Virus record (IMG/VR): IMGVR_UViG_3300005515_000015
DNA: 42,054 bases
DNA from: a virus
Reading direction: 5' to 3' (one strand)
A program made the translations under genes and the position numbers. Below the pieces are notes generated by a model that saw only the letters and a program-made list of their open reading frames with translations, searched no databases and had not been told where the DNA came from. This document shows, one piece after another, positions 6,750 through 15,608 of this stretch. Within the stretch, counting starts at the first letter, position 1; each line of letters starts with the position of its first letter.

Positions 6750-6974
6750 ATGAAACACGGTTCCGCCATCGCTCTGTATCGTGAAGCGCACGAGCTGACG
6801 CTCGAAGCGTTCGGATTGTTGTTTGATCCTCCGGTCGACAAGTCGACGGTGTCGCGCTGGGAGCGCGGCCGGCTCGATGCTCGACGGGCGGTCAATATTG
6901 AGGCGGTTACCGGAATACCCCGGCAGCATCTGTTGCCTGAGGTTTTTGGCGCTCCTTCGGAGGCGGCCGAATGA
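6750..6974 (+). CDS. Cro-like HTH regulator, 74 aa
   Basis: LTLEAFGLLFDPPVDKSTVSRWERG is an HTH. Position is opposite the CI-like gene. Confidence 0.75.
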   Translation: MKHGSAIALYREAHELTLEAFGLLFDPPVDKSTVSRWERGRLDARRAVNIEAVTGIPRQHLLPEVFGAPSEAAE

Positions 6975-7040
6975 CGAAGTTCCCCAAGCAAGGTGCGAGA
7001 AGAACCGGCGTCCTCCTCCCCGCCGGGTGCCTTGCTGCCT

Positions 7041-7089
7041 GGCAGGGGCGCGACATCTCCTCCCGTCGCGCTCCTGCCGCTTCTTTTCT
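7041..7089 (+). terminator. Strong intrinsic terminator downstream of the Cro-like gene (tR1-like)
   Basis: GGCAGGGGCGCGAC (7041-7054) pairs with GTCGCGCTCCTGCC (7065-7078): 14 bp including one G-U, 10-nt loop, followed by GCTTCTTTTCT. Confidence 0.7.
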
Positions 7090-7203
7090 GTCTGCCTACC
7101 CATGTGGCCCTCCGTGACGATGGGCTGAACCTACGCGCGGGCCGCTCGCGCTTCACTGAATCCTTATCCGAATTTCTTTCCTTGCTTTTCGCGGGGTGTT
7201 TCC

Positions 7204-7659
7204 GTGCGTTTTGATGAACCTGTCATGTTCCTGAAGGGTGCGACCGAGGCGAGCTTCAAGCTCGGCGGCGGTCTCACCTCGTTTGCCCTGCTGGCGCGTG
7301 TCGGTGTCTCGACGCTCTCGAAATACGCTTCGGTCAGCGAGGAATTCCGCGACAACGTGATCCCGGTCGATATCGCCGTCGAGGCAGACCGGCGGGCAGG
7401 CTCACCCATCATCATCGGCGAGGCGGCGCGGCAGCTCGGTTTCGACTTGGTGCCGTCGGGTGGAGCGGAGGCGGCAAAGCCGGTGACCGAGGCGGATGCA
7501 CACCGGGTTCTCTATGAGGCGACAGACGTTTCGCGCGCGATCCTCGATGCGAAGGCTGACGGCAAGATTGACGCGCTGGAGCGCAAGAGGATCGCCCAGG
7601 AAGCGCGTGAGGCAATCCGCGCGTTGGAGCAGGTGCTGGCCGGACTGGAGGAGGGGTGA
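7204..7659 (+). CDS. Early regulatory-type protein, 151 aa (possibly CII/CP76-like, tentative)
   Basis: GTG 7204 or ATG 7225. Central SKYASVSE... HTH-like segment and C-terminal coiled coil. Sits at the CII position after the terminator. Confidence 0.5.
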   Translation: MRFDEPVMFLKGATEASFKLGGGLTSFALLARVGVSTLSKYASVSEEFRDNVIPVDIAVEADRRAGSPIIIGEAARQLGFDLVPSGGAEAAKPVTEADAHRVLYEATDVSRAILDAKADGKIDALERKRIAQEAREAIRALEQVLAGLEEG

Positions 7660-7901
7660 TGTTTTCCACCCTCGACGTCCGGATCTCGGCCGAGGCTCGC
7701 GCCTTCCTTCGAACCGTCCGCCATGCGGGCGGTTCTCTGCATGTCGAGCAGGAATGGCAAGTCGACCTGGCGAAGGAATGCGCCCGTAACGGTCTGCTGG
7801 GTTTTGCCGGCGGCTCGATCGGCCGCGTGCCGCCGGTCTCTCGCGTCGAATTGACCGGTAAAGCCTACGCCTATCTCGACCGCATGATGAGGGCGCACTG
7901 A
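7656..7901 (+). CDS. Hypothetical protein, 81 aa
   Basis: Start overlaps the upstream stop. No domain recognised. Confidence 0.55.
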   Translation: MMFSTLDVRISAEARAFLRTVRHAGGSLHVEQEWQVDLAKECARNGLLGFAGGSIGRVPPVSRVELTGKAYAYLDRMMRAH

Positions 7902-8053
7902 TGCCCTCACTTTCCCGCCAGATCCTTATCGAGCGCGTGCTGCAGCTTTGGCACGGCGGGCAACACGACACCTTCGCCATCGCCGCCGAGCTGCGGATCG
8001 AAGAGCGCGAAGTCTGCCAAATCATCGAACAATCGGAAGGACGAATGCCGTGA
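7901..8053 (+). CDS. Small hypothetical protein, 50 aa (below the ORF-track cut-off)
   Basis: Hand translation gives [55 protein letters not shown] overlap with the upstream gene. HTH-like. Confidence 0.45.
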   Translation: MPSLSRQILIERVLQLWHGGQHDTFAIAAELRIEEREVCQIIEQSEGRMP

Positions 8054-8958
8054 GAAAGATTGAAATCTCGCGCGCCGATTTGCGCGCTGATGTGCAAGCC
8101 GGTCCGGCGCCGATGCTGGAATGGATCGATATCGACCGCCTGGTTGTCGACGACAGCTACCAGCGTGACCTGAAGCGCGCGAACTGGACGTCGATCCGGA
8201 GTATCGCCGCCGATTTCCGTTGGTCGATGTTCTCGCCTGTGTTCGTCGCGCCCGTCGAGGGGGGGGCATACGCGATAATCGACGGGCAGCACCGCACCCA
8301 CGCGGCGGCGATGTGCGGCTTCAAACAGGTGCCTTGCCAGATCGTGCAGATGACGCGCGGCGAGCAGGCGGCGGCTTTTGCAGCCGTCAACGGCAAGGTG
8401 ACGAAAGTCACCGTCTGGCAGCTCTTCAAGGCGGCGATGGCGGCGGGCGAGACGTGGGCCAAGGAAGCCGACGAGATCGCGCGCGAGGGCGGGTGCAAGA
8501 TCCTGACCTATGGCAAGAGCCCGAAGGACAAGAAGCCGGGCGAGATCTACTCGATCAAGGGCTTCGTGAAGCTGATCGAGCAGCGCCCGCGCGGGCTGAT
8601 CGTTGCGGCCCTTAAGATGCTGCGCGCGGCCGACGGCTACGGCGACAACCCCGATGCCTGGGGCAGCACGTATCTCATGCCGATCCTCATGGCGATCACC
8701 GAGCGGCCGGTGGCGATCGCCAATCCCGGCTTCGCGCGGGCCTTCGAAGATTTCGACGTCTGGGAGCTGGTCGATCGCGACGACGCCGAGCGGAAGGAAA
8801 AGAAGCGCCAGGGTATCGACTATCCGCCGCGATCGGAGACGCTCAGGGCCGGTGTTCTGGAGTGGATCGACAAGTCATTTCCGGCGCGTATTGCCCTGCC
8901 GAAACCTGCCAGCAAGTCCGAGATCATGGGGCGCATCGCCGCCGTGAAGGTGGGTTGA
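8050..8958 (+). CDS. ParB N-terminal (ParB/Srx nuclease-like) domain protein, 302 aa
   Basis: [16 protein letters not shown]...[13 protein letters not shown] motif. GTG 8050 with GGAAGGA RBS. The upstream ORF extension is Arg-rich. Confidence 0.75.
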   Translation: MRKIEISRADLRADVQAGPAPMLEWIDIDRLVVDDSYQRDLKRANWTSIRSIAADFRWSMFSPVFVAPVEGGAYAIIDGQHRTHAAAMCGFKQVPCQIVQMTRGEQAAAFAAVNGKVTKVTVWQLFKAAMAAGETWAKEADEIAREGGCKILTYGKSPKDKKPGEIYSIKGFVKLIEQRPRGLIVAALKMLRAADGYGDNPDAWGSTYLMPILMAITERPVAIANPGFARAFEDFDVWELVDRDDAERKEKKRQGIDYPPRSETLRAGVLEWIDKSFPARIALPKPASKSEIMGRIAAVKVG

Positions 8959-8959
8959 G

Positions 8960-9316
8960 ATGAGCGAATTCAATCCCATGGCGGTTAACGGCAAGTCGGC
9001 CGCGGCTGGCGATGACACGCCGGCGCCGCGCGCCACCGAGAGGCCTGGCCGCGAGGTCTCCTCCAACCAGGTCGCGCGTGACCAGTTGCGCGCCTTCATC
9101 GAGCGGATCGAGCGACTGGAGGAAGAGAAGTCGACGATCGGCGACGACATCAAGGCCGTCTACGCCGAGGCGAAGGCCACGGGCTTTGAGAACAAGGCCA
9201 TCCGCAAGATTGTCGCGATCCGAAAGAAGAGCCTCGACGACTACAACAACGAGATGGCGGTGCTCGACACCTACCTGGCCGCGCTCGGCATGCTTCCGGG
9301 AGGCGACGATGAGTGA
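8960..9316 (+). CDS. gapR: GapR-like nucleoid-associated protein (DUF2312)
   Basis: [49 protein letters not shown]...[10 protein letters not shown] closely follows the Caulobacter GapR/DUF2312 pattern. Confidence 0.85.
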   Translation: MSEFNPMAVNGKSAAAGDDTPAPRATERPGREVSSNQVARDQLRAFIERIERLEEEKSTIGDDIKAVYAEAKATGFENKAIRKIVAIRKKSLDDYNNEMAVLDTYLAALGMLPGGDDE

Positions 9317-11468
9317 CGGATGGAAGTCGCCTTTTGAGGTGAAGATCGGCAACAGTGACCTGCCGGTCGCATTGCGCATAGGCCAGATCCACGTCGGGCA
9401 TCGCTTGCGCACGGTTGATCAGGCGAAGGTTGATGCTCTCAAGGCCTCGATTGAAGAGCTTGGGCTGCGCACGCCGATTTCGGTGGTTGGCCCGATGCTT
9501 GCAGCCAACACTCCTTTGCAGATGGTCACTCTCGCGGCGGGCGCCCACCGACTCGAGGCGATGAAGCAGCTGGGCCGCGAATACATCGCGGCGATCATCC
9601 GCGACGAGGACGACCTCGACGCCGAGCTTTGGGAGATCGACGAGAACCTTTGCCGTGCCGAGCTTACGCCCGCCGACCGGGCCCTGTTCGTATTTCGCCG
9701 CAAGGAAATTTACCTCATGCGGCATCCGGAAACGGCCCACGGCGCGATTGGCAATGGTCGCGAGAAGAGTCGCCAAGTTGGCGACTCTACAGAAGAGCCG
9801 AAGCGTTTCACCACGGCGACCGCCGAGGCGACCGGGCAATCCGAGCGCGCCATCCAGCGCGATGCTGAGCGCGGCGAGAAAATCTCGGAGAAGGCGCTGC
9901 GCATGTTGCGCGGCACGCGCCACGACAAGGGCACCGTGCTTGACCGGCTGAAGAGCATGCGCGGTGAACAGGAGCAGGAGGTCTATGTCCGCGCGCTGTT
10001 TGATGCCGACAAGGCGACCGAGCATGAATCGAAGCAGATCCGGACCGACAAGCTGGCGACCAAGCGCGCCGTGCGGATCGGCGTCATCAACGCGATCGCG
10101 GAGCACGGCAAGCGCGCAGCGGGCGAGATGCCGCGCGCGGCATATGCCGTCGGGTATGCGGACCCGCCGTGGGAGCAGGAAGCCTGGAGCGACGAGACCG
10201 GCCAAGACAAGGGGCTGATGTATCCGCCCATGCCGCTCGACGATATCAAGGCGCTGTGCGCCGGCGACAAGAGCCCGTTCACGCGCGATGCAGTCCTCTT
10301 TCTCTGGGTCACCACGAACCGCCTTGACGACGGCATTTCCGTGCTCAAGGCCTGGGGCTTCGAATTCGTCTCGGCGGTCACCTGGGACAAGCAGCATATC
10401 GGCATGGGCCGCTGGGTGCGCGACCGGACCGAGCACCTGCTGATCGGCAAGCGTGGCGACTTCCCGGGCCCGATCATGGGGACGCAGCCGGAAAGCCTCT
10501 ATTCCGAGGTGAAGGGCGATCACAGCCGCAAGCCGCTGTGGTTCGCCGAAATGATCGACCGGCTGTTTCCGGAGATGCGGAAGCTTGAGCTTTTCCAGCG
10601 CAAGGCGAGCCTCGGCGAAGGCGATGTCCGGCTGAACGGCATGTGGGACTTCTGGGGCTTCGAGGCCGGGGAGGACTGCCGGGCCGAAACTGTCGAACCT
10701 GTGACGGCCGCCGCACCGGTTGATCCGCTCGCAGAGATTCTGGTCGAAACCAAGCTCGCGCCAAGCGGCTTTTTTCTGCATCTTGATCGAGGCTTGACCA
10801 ATCCCGCGACCTTGGACCTTCCGTCCAGGCTCTTCCGTTTCCCAATCGAATTTATGAGCGGGGAGAGGACCGGCGGCGAAAGCCGGTTGCTGCTGCGGCA
10901 TCCGTTGCTCTGGCAGGTTTCTGACGTTGTCGAGTTTCTAGTAGATGTCGAAAAGAAGACGGGTGTCAGGCCGGTCTGGGAGCCTCTGGACGAATTTGGT
11001 CGCGACTTCGGCGAGGGGTGGCGCTGGTATCACGCTGTCGATCTTTGCAACGATCGGCACTGGCAAGGGTTGATTGAGACCATTCGATTTACCGATCGCG
11101 AAAAGGTCTTCGCCGCTGTGCAGATCGGGCTCGATAGCAAAAGTCTGTCGCTCAAGAACGCACGCGCAATCATGTCGGAGCTGGAAACCACCGAACCGGC
11201 GACGGCTTCAAGCGTGCAGTTGATGCTCGGCAAGGCGCTAATGCCGTACCAGCACGACAAGGGCAAGCTGATCTCGCCGAACATCGCGGTGCGGGACGAG
11301 GCAGGCGCCTGGCTTGTCATCCACGGCCTTGAAGATGGCTTCTTCAACTATGTCGGCAATTACCTCTCGGTGACGCCGGACGGTATGGCGCGCCGCAAAG
11401 CCGCCGTCACTCCTGCCGGCGTCGAGCCGGCTCTTCCCCTCGAATTGGAGAGCAGCGATGAAGCTTGA
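9309..11468 (+). CDS. ParB-domain / MT-A70-family DNA methyltransferase fusion with about 260-aa unknown C-terminal extension, 719 aa
   Basis: N-terminal [33 protein letters not shown] (ParB-like). Central YADPPWEQE...LFLWVT...AWGFEF (MT-A70 DPPW core). ATG 9309 with GGGAGG RBS. Confidence 0.85.
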   Translation: MSDGWKSPFEVKIGNSDLPVALRIGQIHVGHRLRTVDQAKVDALKASIEELGLRTPISVVGPMLAANTPLQMVTLAAGAHRLEAMKQLGREYIAAIIRDEDDLDAELWEIDENLCRAELTPADRALFVFRRKEIYLMRHPETAHGAIGNGREKSRQVGDSTEEPKRFTTATAEATGQSERAIQRDAERGEKISEKALRMLRGTRHDKGTVLDRLKSMRGEQEQEVYVRALFDADKATEHESKQIRTDKLATKRAVRIGVINAIAEHGKRAAGEMPRAAYAVGYADPPWEQEAWSDETGQDKGLMYPPMPLDDIKALCAGDKSPFTRDAVLFLWVTTNRLDDGISVLKAWGFEFVSAVTWDKQHIGMGRWVRDRTEHLLIGKRGDFPGPIMGTQPESLYSEVKGDHSRKPLWFAEMIDRLFPEMRKLELFQRKASLGEGDVRLNGMWDFWGFEAGEDCRAETVEPVTAAAPVDPLAEILVETKLAPSGFFLHLDRGLTNPATLDLPSRLFRFPIEFMSGERTGGESRLLLRHPLLWQVSDVVEFLVDVEKKTGVRPVWEPLDEFGRDFGEGWRWYHAVDLCNDRHWQGLIETIRFTDREKVFAAVQIGLDSKSLSLKNARAIMSELETTEPATASSVQLMLGKALMPYQHDKGKLISPNIAVRDEAGAWLVIHGLEDGFFNYVGNYLSVTPDGMARRKAAVTPAGVEPALPLELESSDEA

Positions 11469-12537
11469 AACGACTGCGCGTATTCTGAAATCCGCTCTGA
11501 CCGTCGTCGGCCGCGTGGTCGACAAGCGCAACACCATCCCGATCCTGAACATGGTCAAATTCGCGGATGGTGCGGTGACCGGCACGGACCTCGATAACGA
11601 GGTATCGGTAAAGTTGCCTTCGAGCGGCTTTGATGGCGCTGCCTGCCTGCCTTTGCATTTGCTCGCGCGCCTGGTCTCGCATCTCGCGCCGGACGAAATT
11701 GTGCGGATCTCGACGACCGACAAGGGGGCGACCATCAGCTTCTCCTCCGGTCGGTACGACTTGCCGACGATCGACGTCGGCGATTTTCCTGAGTTCACAA
11801 TGGCGGAGGCGGCGCCGGTCGTGCTCGACGGCCAGCGCCTGAAAAAGGCTGTTACCTTTGTCGCGCCGTTTATCTCGAACGAAGAGACGCGCTACTACCT
11901 CAATGGCGTGCACATCTCTGAAGATGCGGCGGTGGCGACCGACGGGCACCGCCTCGGCTGGCACCCGCTCGGCTTCGAGGGGGGGGCATTCGGCAAGGCA
12001 ATCCTGTCAAAACGTCTTGTCGATACGCTGATCGCTTCTCCAGCGCCGAAGTCGGCCTTGCTCGGCAATGGCAAGGTCGCATTCGAGATGGAGGGTATGT
12101 CGGTGCGCTCCAAACTCATTGACGGCACCTATCCAGACTATCGACGCGTCATTCCGACCATGTCGGCGAATGCTGCACGGCTGGTAGTGGACCGGCGCGC
12201 ACTCCTGAAACTGATGGCCCGGGTGTCGGCTATGGGGGCCGTTCGCTTCGGATCGGGCGTGACCCTTGCCTGGGATGATGCTCGGATGGCGGTGGCCGCC
12301 AAGTTTGACGGTGGCGACGGCACGGCGCGCGAGACGCTGGCTGTGCTGCAGCCTTCGACGGGCGGCACGTCGACCTATAACTCCCACTATCTCGCCGCGG
12401 CGATGCGCTGCCTGCGCTCAGAAGTCGATGACGATAGTTTCGTCGTGCTCATGCCCATGCGCGGCGCACATGAAGATATCGCGGCGAGCCTCCTGACAGG
12501 GCTTCAGGCGGGGCGTGCAATGGATGAGGCGGCATGA
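11458..12537 (+). CDS. dnaN: DNA polymerase III beta sliding clamp homologue
   Basis: [35 protein letters not shown]...TGTDLD resembles DnaN N-termini. 359 aa is clamp length. Confidence 0.8.
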   Translation: MKLETTARILKSALTVVGRVVDKRNTIPILNMVKFADGAVTGTDLDNEVSVKLPSSGFDGAACLPLHLLARLVSHLAPDEIVRISTTDKGATISFSSGRYDLPTIDVGDFPEFTMAEAAPVVLDGQRLKKAVTFVAPFISNEETRYYLNGVHISEDAAVATDGHRLGWHPLGFEGGAFGKAILSKRLVDTLIASPAPKSALLGNGKVAFEMEGMSVRSKLIDGTYPDYRRVIPTMSANAARLVVDRRALLKLMARVSAMGAVRFGSGVTLAWDDARMAVAAKFDGGDGTARETLAVLQPSTGGTSTYNSHYLAAAMRCLRSEVDDDSFVVLMPMRGAHEDIAASLLTGLQAGRAMDEAA

Positions 12538-12866
12538 CGGGGCTATTGTTGCCGATCGTCGAGGAGCTGCTCGACGCCGCTGATCATCCAGAGCGGGCCC
12601 GCTGGCTTTTGGCTGTACCGCTCGACGTTCTGACACGTGAGCGGGTGCCGATCCGCCAAGCACTGGTCAAGGCCAATTTTCATGAGGGACTTGCCTATCT
12701 CGAAGCCGAGATCGCGGCGATATGCGCCGTTCGCGGCCGGGACGGGCTTGCCCCAACTACCGTGCGCACGACGCGGGAATATGCCCGCATCGGCGTCCAA
12801 GTCATTGCGCGCGGAGGGGCGCCGCAAGCCGAAGGGGACAGACATGATACCGCTCGAACGCGCTAG
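12534..12866 (+). CDS. Hypothetical protein, 110 aa
   Basis: ATGA overlap with the dnaN stop. Confidence 0.55.
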   Translation: MTGLLLPIVEELLDAADHPERARWLLAVPLDVLTRERVPIRQALVKANFHEGLAYLEAEIAAICAVRGRDGLAPTTVRTTREYARIGVQVIARGGAPQAEGDRHDTARTR

Positions 12867-13053
12867 CCAGCGCCGCTCGCGCTCCGCCGCCATGAGCGGA
12901 AAAATGACCGACCTGAAGGCACTTGCTGCCGTGTTTCTCTGGAAATCCGGGCATTTCGACACGCTCGACATCTCTGACGTCCTCGGCGTCGGCGAGGATG
13001 CCGTTTGCCGAACCCTTGCAGCCGCAAGGCATATCGAAAGGGTCGGGCAGTGA
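12844..13053 (+). CDS. Hypothetical protein, about 69 aa (start uncertain)
   Basis: ATG 12844 after GAAGGGGA. Alternative ATG at 12892. C-terminal HTH-like ISDVLGVGEDAVCRTL. Confidence 0.45.
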   Translation: MIPLERASQRRSRSAAMSGKMTDLKALAAVFLWKSGHFDTLDISDVLGVGEDAVCRTLAAARHIERVGQ

Positions 13054-14348
13054 GCATCGCCATCATGTCACAACTGTTTAAGGCGCATCTCGGCTCGACC
13101 GGACGCAAGATGCTCGCAGTGCGCTTGGCGGACTTCGCCGACGACGACGGCAAGGGCATCTGGCCGACCGTCGGGCGGCTTTCGCGCGAGACCGAGCTTT
13201 CGGAGCGCACGGTGCAGCGCATCCTCGCCGAGTTCGTCGACGAGGGAATTCTGGTCGTCGTGAAGAAGGGCGGGAGCAAGCCGGGCGAGGGCACGCGCTA
13301 CGACTTCAACATGGCCGTTCTCGGCCGTCTTCCCTCCTCGAAAATGGTTGCCGACGGGTGTCATGGTGTCACCCATGACACGGTGTCACCCGTGACATCG
13401 GCGACAGCTACGGGTGACACTGACGACGCCGACGGGTGTCACGGTGACACCCAAACCGTAATAGAACCACCAATAGAACCATCAGAGAGAGAGGGTGCGC
13501 GCGAAGCTGATTTGAAGGATCGGGATGATCCGTCGAAGTTCGGCAAGCGGGTGAAGGCGCTGGAGATGGGCTCGGCGAACAATCCGTGGCCGGGAGCAAT
13601 CGCCTCGTCGACGGCATGGGCTCTCCAGCAGTTCGAGAAGCTGACCCCGGAAGAGCGGCGCATGGCGGAAGAGCGCCGCGACGCCTATCTCGCCGAGTGC
13701 AAAGCGCAGAAGGTCAAGAACGTCGCCCTCGGCGTCTACCTGCGGGACAAGAAATTCCTCGACGTGGCGGTGACAGCCAAGGCGCAGGCCTCGACTACGA
13801 AGATCGTTGTCCCTTCGTTCGGGCCTGTTTGGGCCGGGATGCGGGCGCTAGCGCTGCTGAATGGCCCAGAGCATGTCGACGTGCCGCTCGACGTGCGCGA
13901 TCGCGTCAAGCAGACCTTCGAGGCTCTGAGGCGCGCTAGCGAGGCGCGTGCCATGGCCTATCTCGCAGGCAAGGGCATATCCCTCGGTCACGACGGCGAG
14001 TTGATTTTCCCCGAAGGCTTCGTTGCGGCAGAGCGCGGTCGGCGTGAGCTGGAGAGCGGTTATCCAGCCGTTAATCGCTTGCACAAGATGGCGATGGGCT
14101 TCGAACGCGGATCAGAGGATGGGCGCTTCCAGGCGCTCGCCGATCTCTGCGAGGCGGTGCCAGTAGGCTCAGAAGTGTTCGAGCTATGGCGCGATCATCA
14201 CGCGCGCATGAACTGGCCCTTCGTGCCCGATGCGGGCTCGATGCGTGTCGTCTACTTCCCCAAAGGCGGGCCGGCAGGCCTGGAGCAATTCGCAATCGCC
14301 GCACGCGCAGCTATCGCAGAGGATCGGAGCCATGATGATGCAGCATAA
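13050..14348 (+). CDS. Replication initiator / replisome-organiser-like protein (N-terminal winged HTH), 432 aa
   Basis: LAVRLADFADDDGKGIWPTVGRLSRETELSERTVQRILAEFVDEGIL is a wHTH. An iteron cluster lies inside the linker-coding region, as in lambda O. Confidence 0.65.
   Translation: MSIAIMSQLFKAHLGSTGRKMLAVRLADFADDDGKGIWPTVGRLSRETELSERTVQRILAEFVDEGILVVVKKGGSKPGEGTRYDFNMAVLGRLPSSKMVADGCHGVTHDTVSPVTSATATGDTDDADGCHGDTQTVIEPPIEPSEREGAREADLKDRDDPSKFGKRVKALEMGSANNPWPGAIASSTAWALQQFEKLTPEERRMAEERRDAYLAECKAQKVKNVALGVYLRDKKFLDVAVTAKAQASTTKIVVPSFGPVWAGMRALALLNGPEHVDVPLDVRDRVKQTFEALRRASEARAMAYLAGKGISLGHDGELIFPEGFVAAERGRRELESGYPAVNRLHKMAMGFERGSEDGRFQALADLCEAVPVGSEVFELWRDHHARMNWPFVPDAGSMRVVYFPKGGPAGLEQFAIAARAAIAEDRSHDDAA
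13356..13481. promoter_or_regulatory. Putative origin of replication: GTGTCAC/GTGACAC iteron cluster plus tandem AATAGAACCA repeats
   Basis: Eight copies of (G)GTGTCA(C) or its complement within 13356-13452, including the perfect palindrome GGGTGTCAC-G-GTGACACCC (13434-13452). AATAGAACCA occurs twice with 12-bp period (13460-13481). Confidence 0.6.
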
Positions 14349-14991
14349 GGAACTGGTGGGCAGCCCGATCGCGAATGACGGCAGGGACGGCTTCCGCGAG
14401 CGCATGCGGAGAATCACCGACGGCATGCTCGATGAGGGCGCCTTGGTGACGCTGAATTGCCGAATCAACGGCGGGAAGGCGCCTTGGTTCGCTCTCCGGG
14501 TCTGGACAGGCCGGGAGAAGGCTGTGGAAAAGACGCTCGAAGACATGGGTATCCGATCGCTAGTGCCGATGCGGAAAGGACCGGATTACCGTCGTCGCGG
14601 TCGTATTATTCGAGGTGTTTTGGTGCCCGTTGTCCATGGTTATGTACTGGTGCAGCTGTTGCCGAGACCCGAATATCTTGCCGGATTGCAGGGTGTTGAG
14701 CATGCGATTGACGTGCTCGGCGGCTGTGAGCAACCGAGGCGGCTTAGTGATGCAGAAGTCAACAGATTCAATACACTTGCGCGCGGTGGCGAATATGATT
14801 TCGAGCGTCCGACAGACATCGTTGTCGGGGCTGGTGACCGTGTCCTGATCACTGCGGGACCGTTCGATAGGATGCCGGCTACCGTCGTGACGCCGAACAG
14901 GAACAGGCGTGGCGACGTTGTCGTCTCGGTCAGCATCATGGGTGGCGAGGTTCCGGTTACTGTCCCTCTTGCATTGATCGAAAGGTTGTGA
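14332..14991 (+). CDS. NusG/RfaH-like transcription antitermination factor (NGN + KOW), 219 aa
   Basis: PWFALRVWTGREKAVEKTLEDMGIRSLVP...HGYVLVQL is NGN-like. GDRVLITAGPFDRMPATVV is KOW-like. Sits at the Q position just before the late genes. Confidence 0.75.
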   Translation: MMMQHKELVGSPIANDGRDGFRERMRRITDGMLDEGALVTLNCRINGGKAPWFALRVWTGREKAVEKTLEDMGIRSLVPMRKGPDYRRRGRIIRGVLVPVVHGYVLVQLLPRPEYLAGLQGVEHAIDVLGGCEQPRRLSDAEVNRFNTLARGGEYDFERPTDIVVGAGDRVLITAGPFDRMPATVVTPNRNRRGDVVVSVSIMGGEVPVTVPLALIERL

Positions 14992-15161
14992 GAGTCATTT
15001 CGCCATTGGACAAGCTGATGATCCCGTAGTGAGCCTCTGAGAACGCACGAGAGTGCGGGGCGGAAAGCCCGAGGTTGGTACACCGGTCAGCCCCAGCCCT
15101 GACAGTCTCCCAAGCGAGACGCTTCGATTCAGGGCCAGTGCGAAAGCTATAATCAGACGAC

Positions 15162-15186
15162 AGGCGGCCGAGAGGTCGCCTTTTTC
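15162..15186 (+). terminator. Intrinsic terminator between the NusG-like gene and the late operon
   Basis: AGGCGGCC-GAGA-GGTCGCCT stem (7 bp including one G-U) followed by TTTTT. It ends 12 nt before the HNH start. Confidence 0.75.
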
Positions 15187-15197
15187 ATTTAAAGGAT

Positions 15198-15608
15198 ATG
15201 AAGCGCGCAAAGCAGTTTCGACCAGCAGGCGCGCCGACCAGGCAAGAGCAGAAGCGGCAGGCGGATCGGTGGCGGGGCAGCGCAAGCGAGCGCGGTTACA
15301 ATCACCGTTGGTCGAAGGCCAGCAAGACGCACCTCACTCGAATCCCCCTGTGTATCGGCTGTAAGGCCATGGGCCGCATCGAGCCAGCAACGCTGGTTGA
15401 CCACGTTGATCCTCACCACGGCGATCCCGACAAGTTCTGGGACACCAGCATGTGGCAGTCGTCATGCAAGTGGCACCACGACAGCGTGAAGCAGAGGCTT
15501 GAGCAGCTCTATGCGCATCGCCGCATCGGTCTCAAAGACCTGTGGCTCGATAGCGAAGTTGCAATCCGGATCGCGCAGGGCTTGCGATGTGAAGAGGTCG
15601 ACCAGTGA
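15198..15608 (+). CDS. Terminase-associated HNH endonuclease
   Basis: RGYNHRWSKASKTHLTRIPLCIGCKAMGRIEPATLVDHVDPHHGDP...CKWHHDSVK. Position immediately upstream of terS, as in HK97-like cos phages. Confidence 0.85.
   Translation: MKRAKQFRPAGAPTRQEQKRQADRWRGSASERGYNHRWSKASKTHLTRIPLCIGCKAMGRIEPATLVDHVDPHHGDPDKFWDTSMWQSSCKWHHDSVKQRLEQLYAHRRIGLKDLWLDSEVAIRIAQGLRCEEVDQ

Noticed and set aside
6993-7214. 73-aa plus-strand ORF in the gap after the Cro-like gene
   Set aside because: Pro/Leu/Arg-rich with no RBS, and it runs straight through the 14-bp-stem terminator. The region is better explained as regulatory RNA/DNA.
7402-8301. 299-aa minus-strand ORF across the early right operon
   Set aside because: Arg/Pro-rich, and it overlaps four co-directional plus-strand genes with coupled starts.
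9150-10901. 583-aa minus-strand ORF antisense to the ParB-methylase gene
   Set aside because: Arg/Pro/Gly/Ala-rich, low-complexity composition typical of shadow ORFs in high-GC DNA. The plus-strand frame carries clear ParB and DPPW methylase motifs.
15015-15021. CUGAUGA in the late leader as a hammerhead ribozyme core
   Set aside because: No adjacent stem II closed by GAAA, and no complementary stem I/III segments could be drawn. The heptamer alone is expected by chance.
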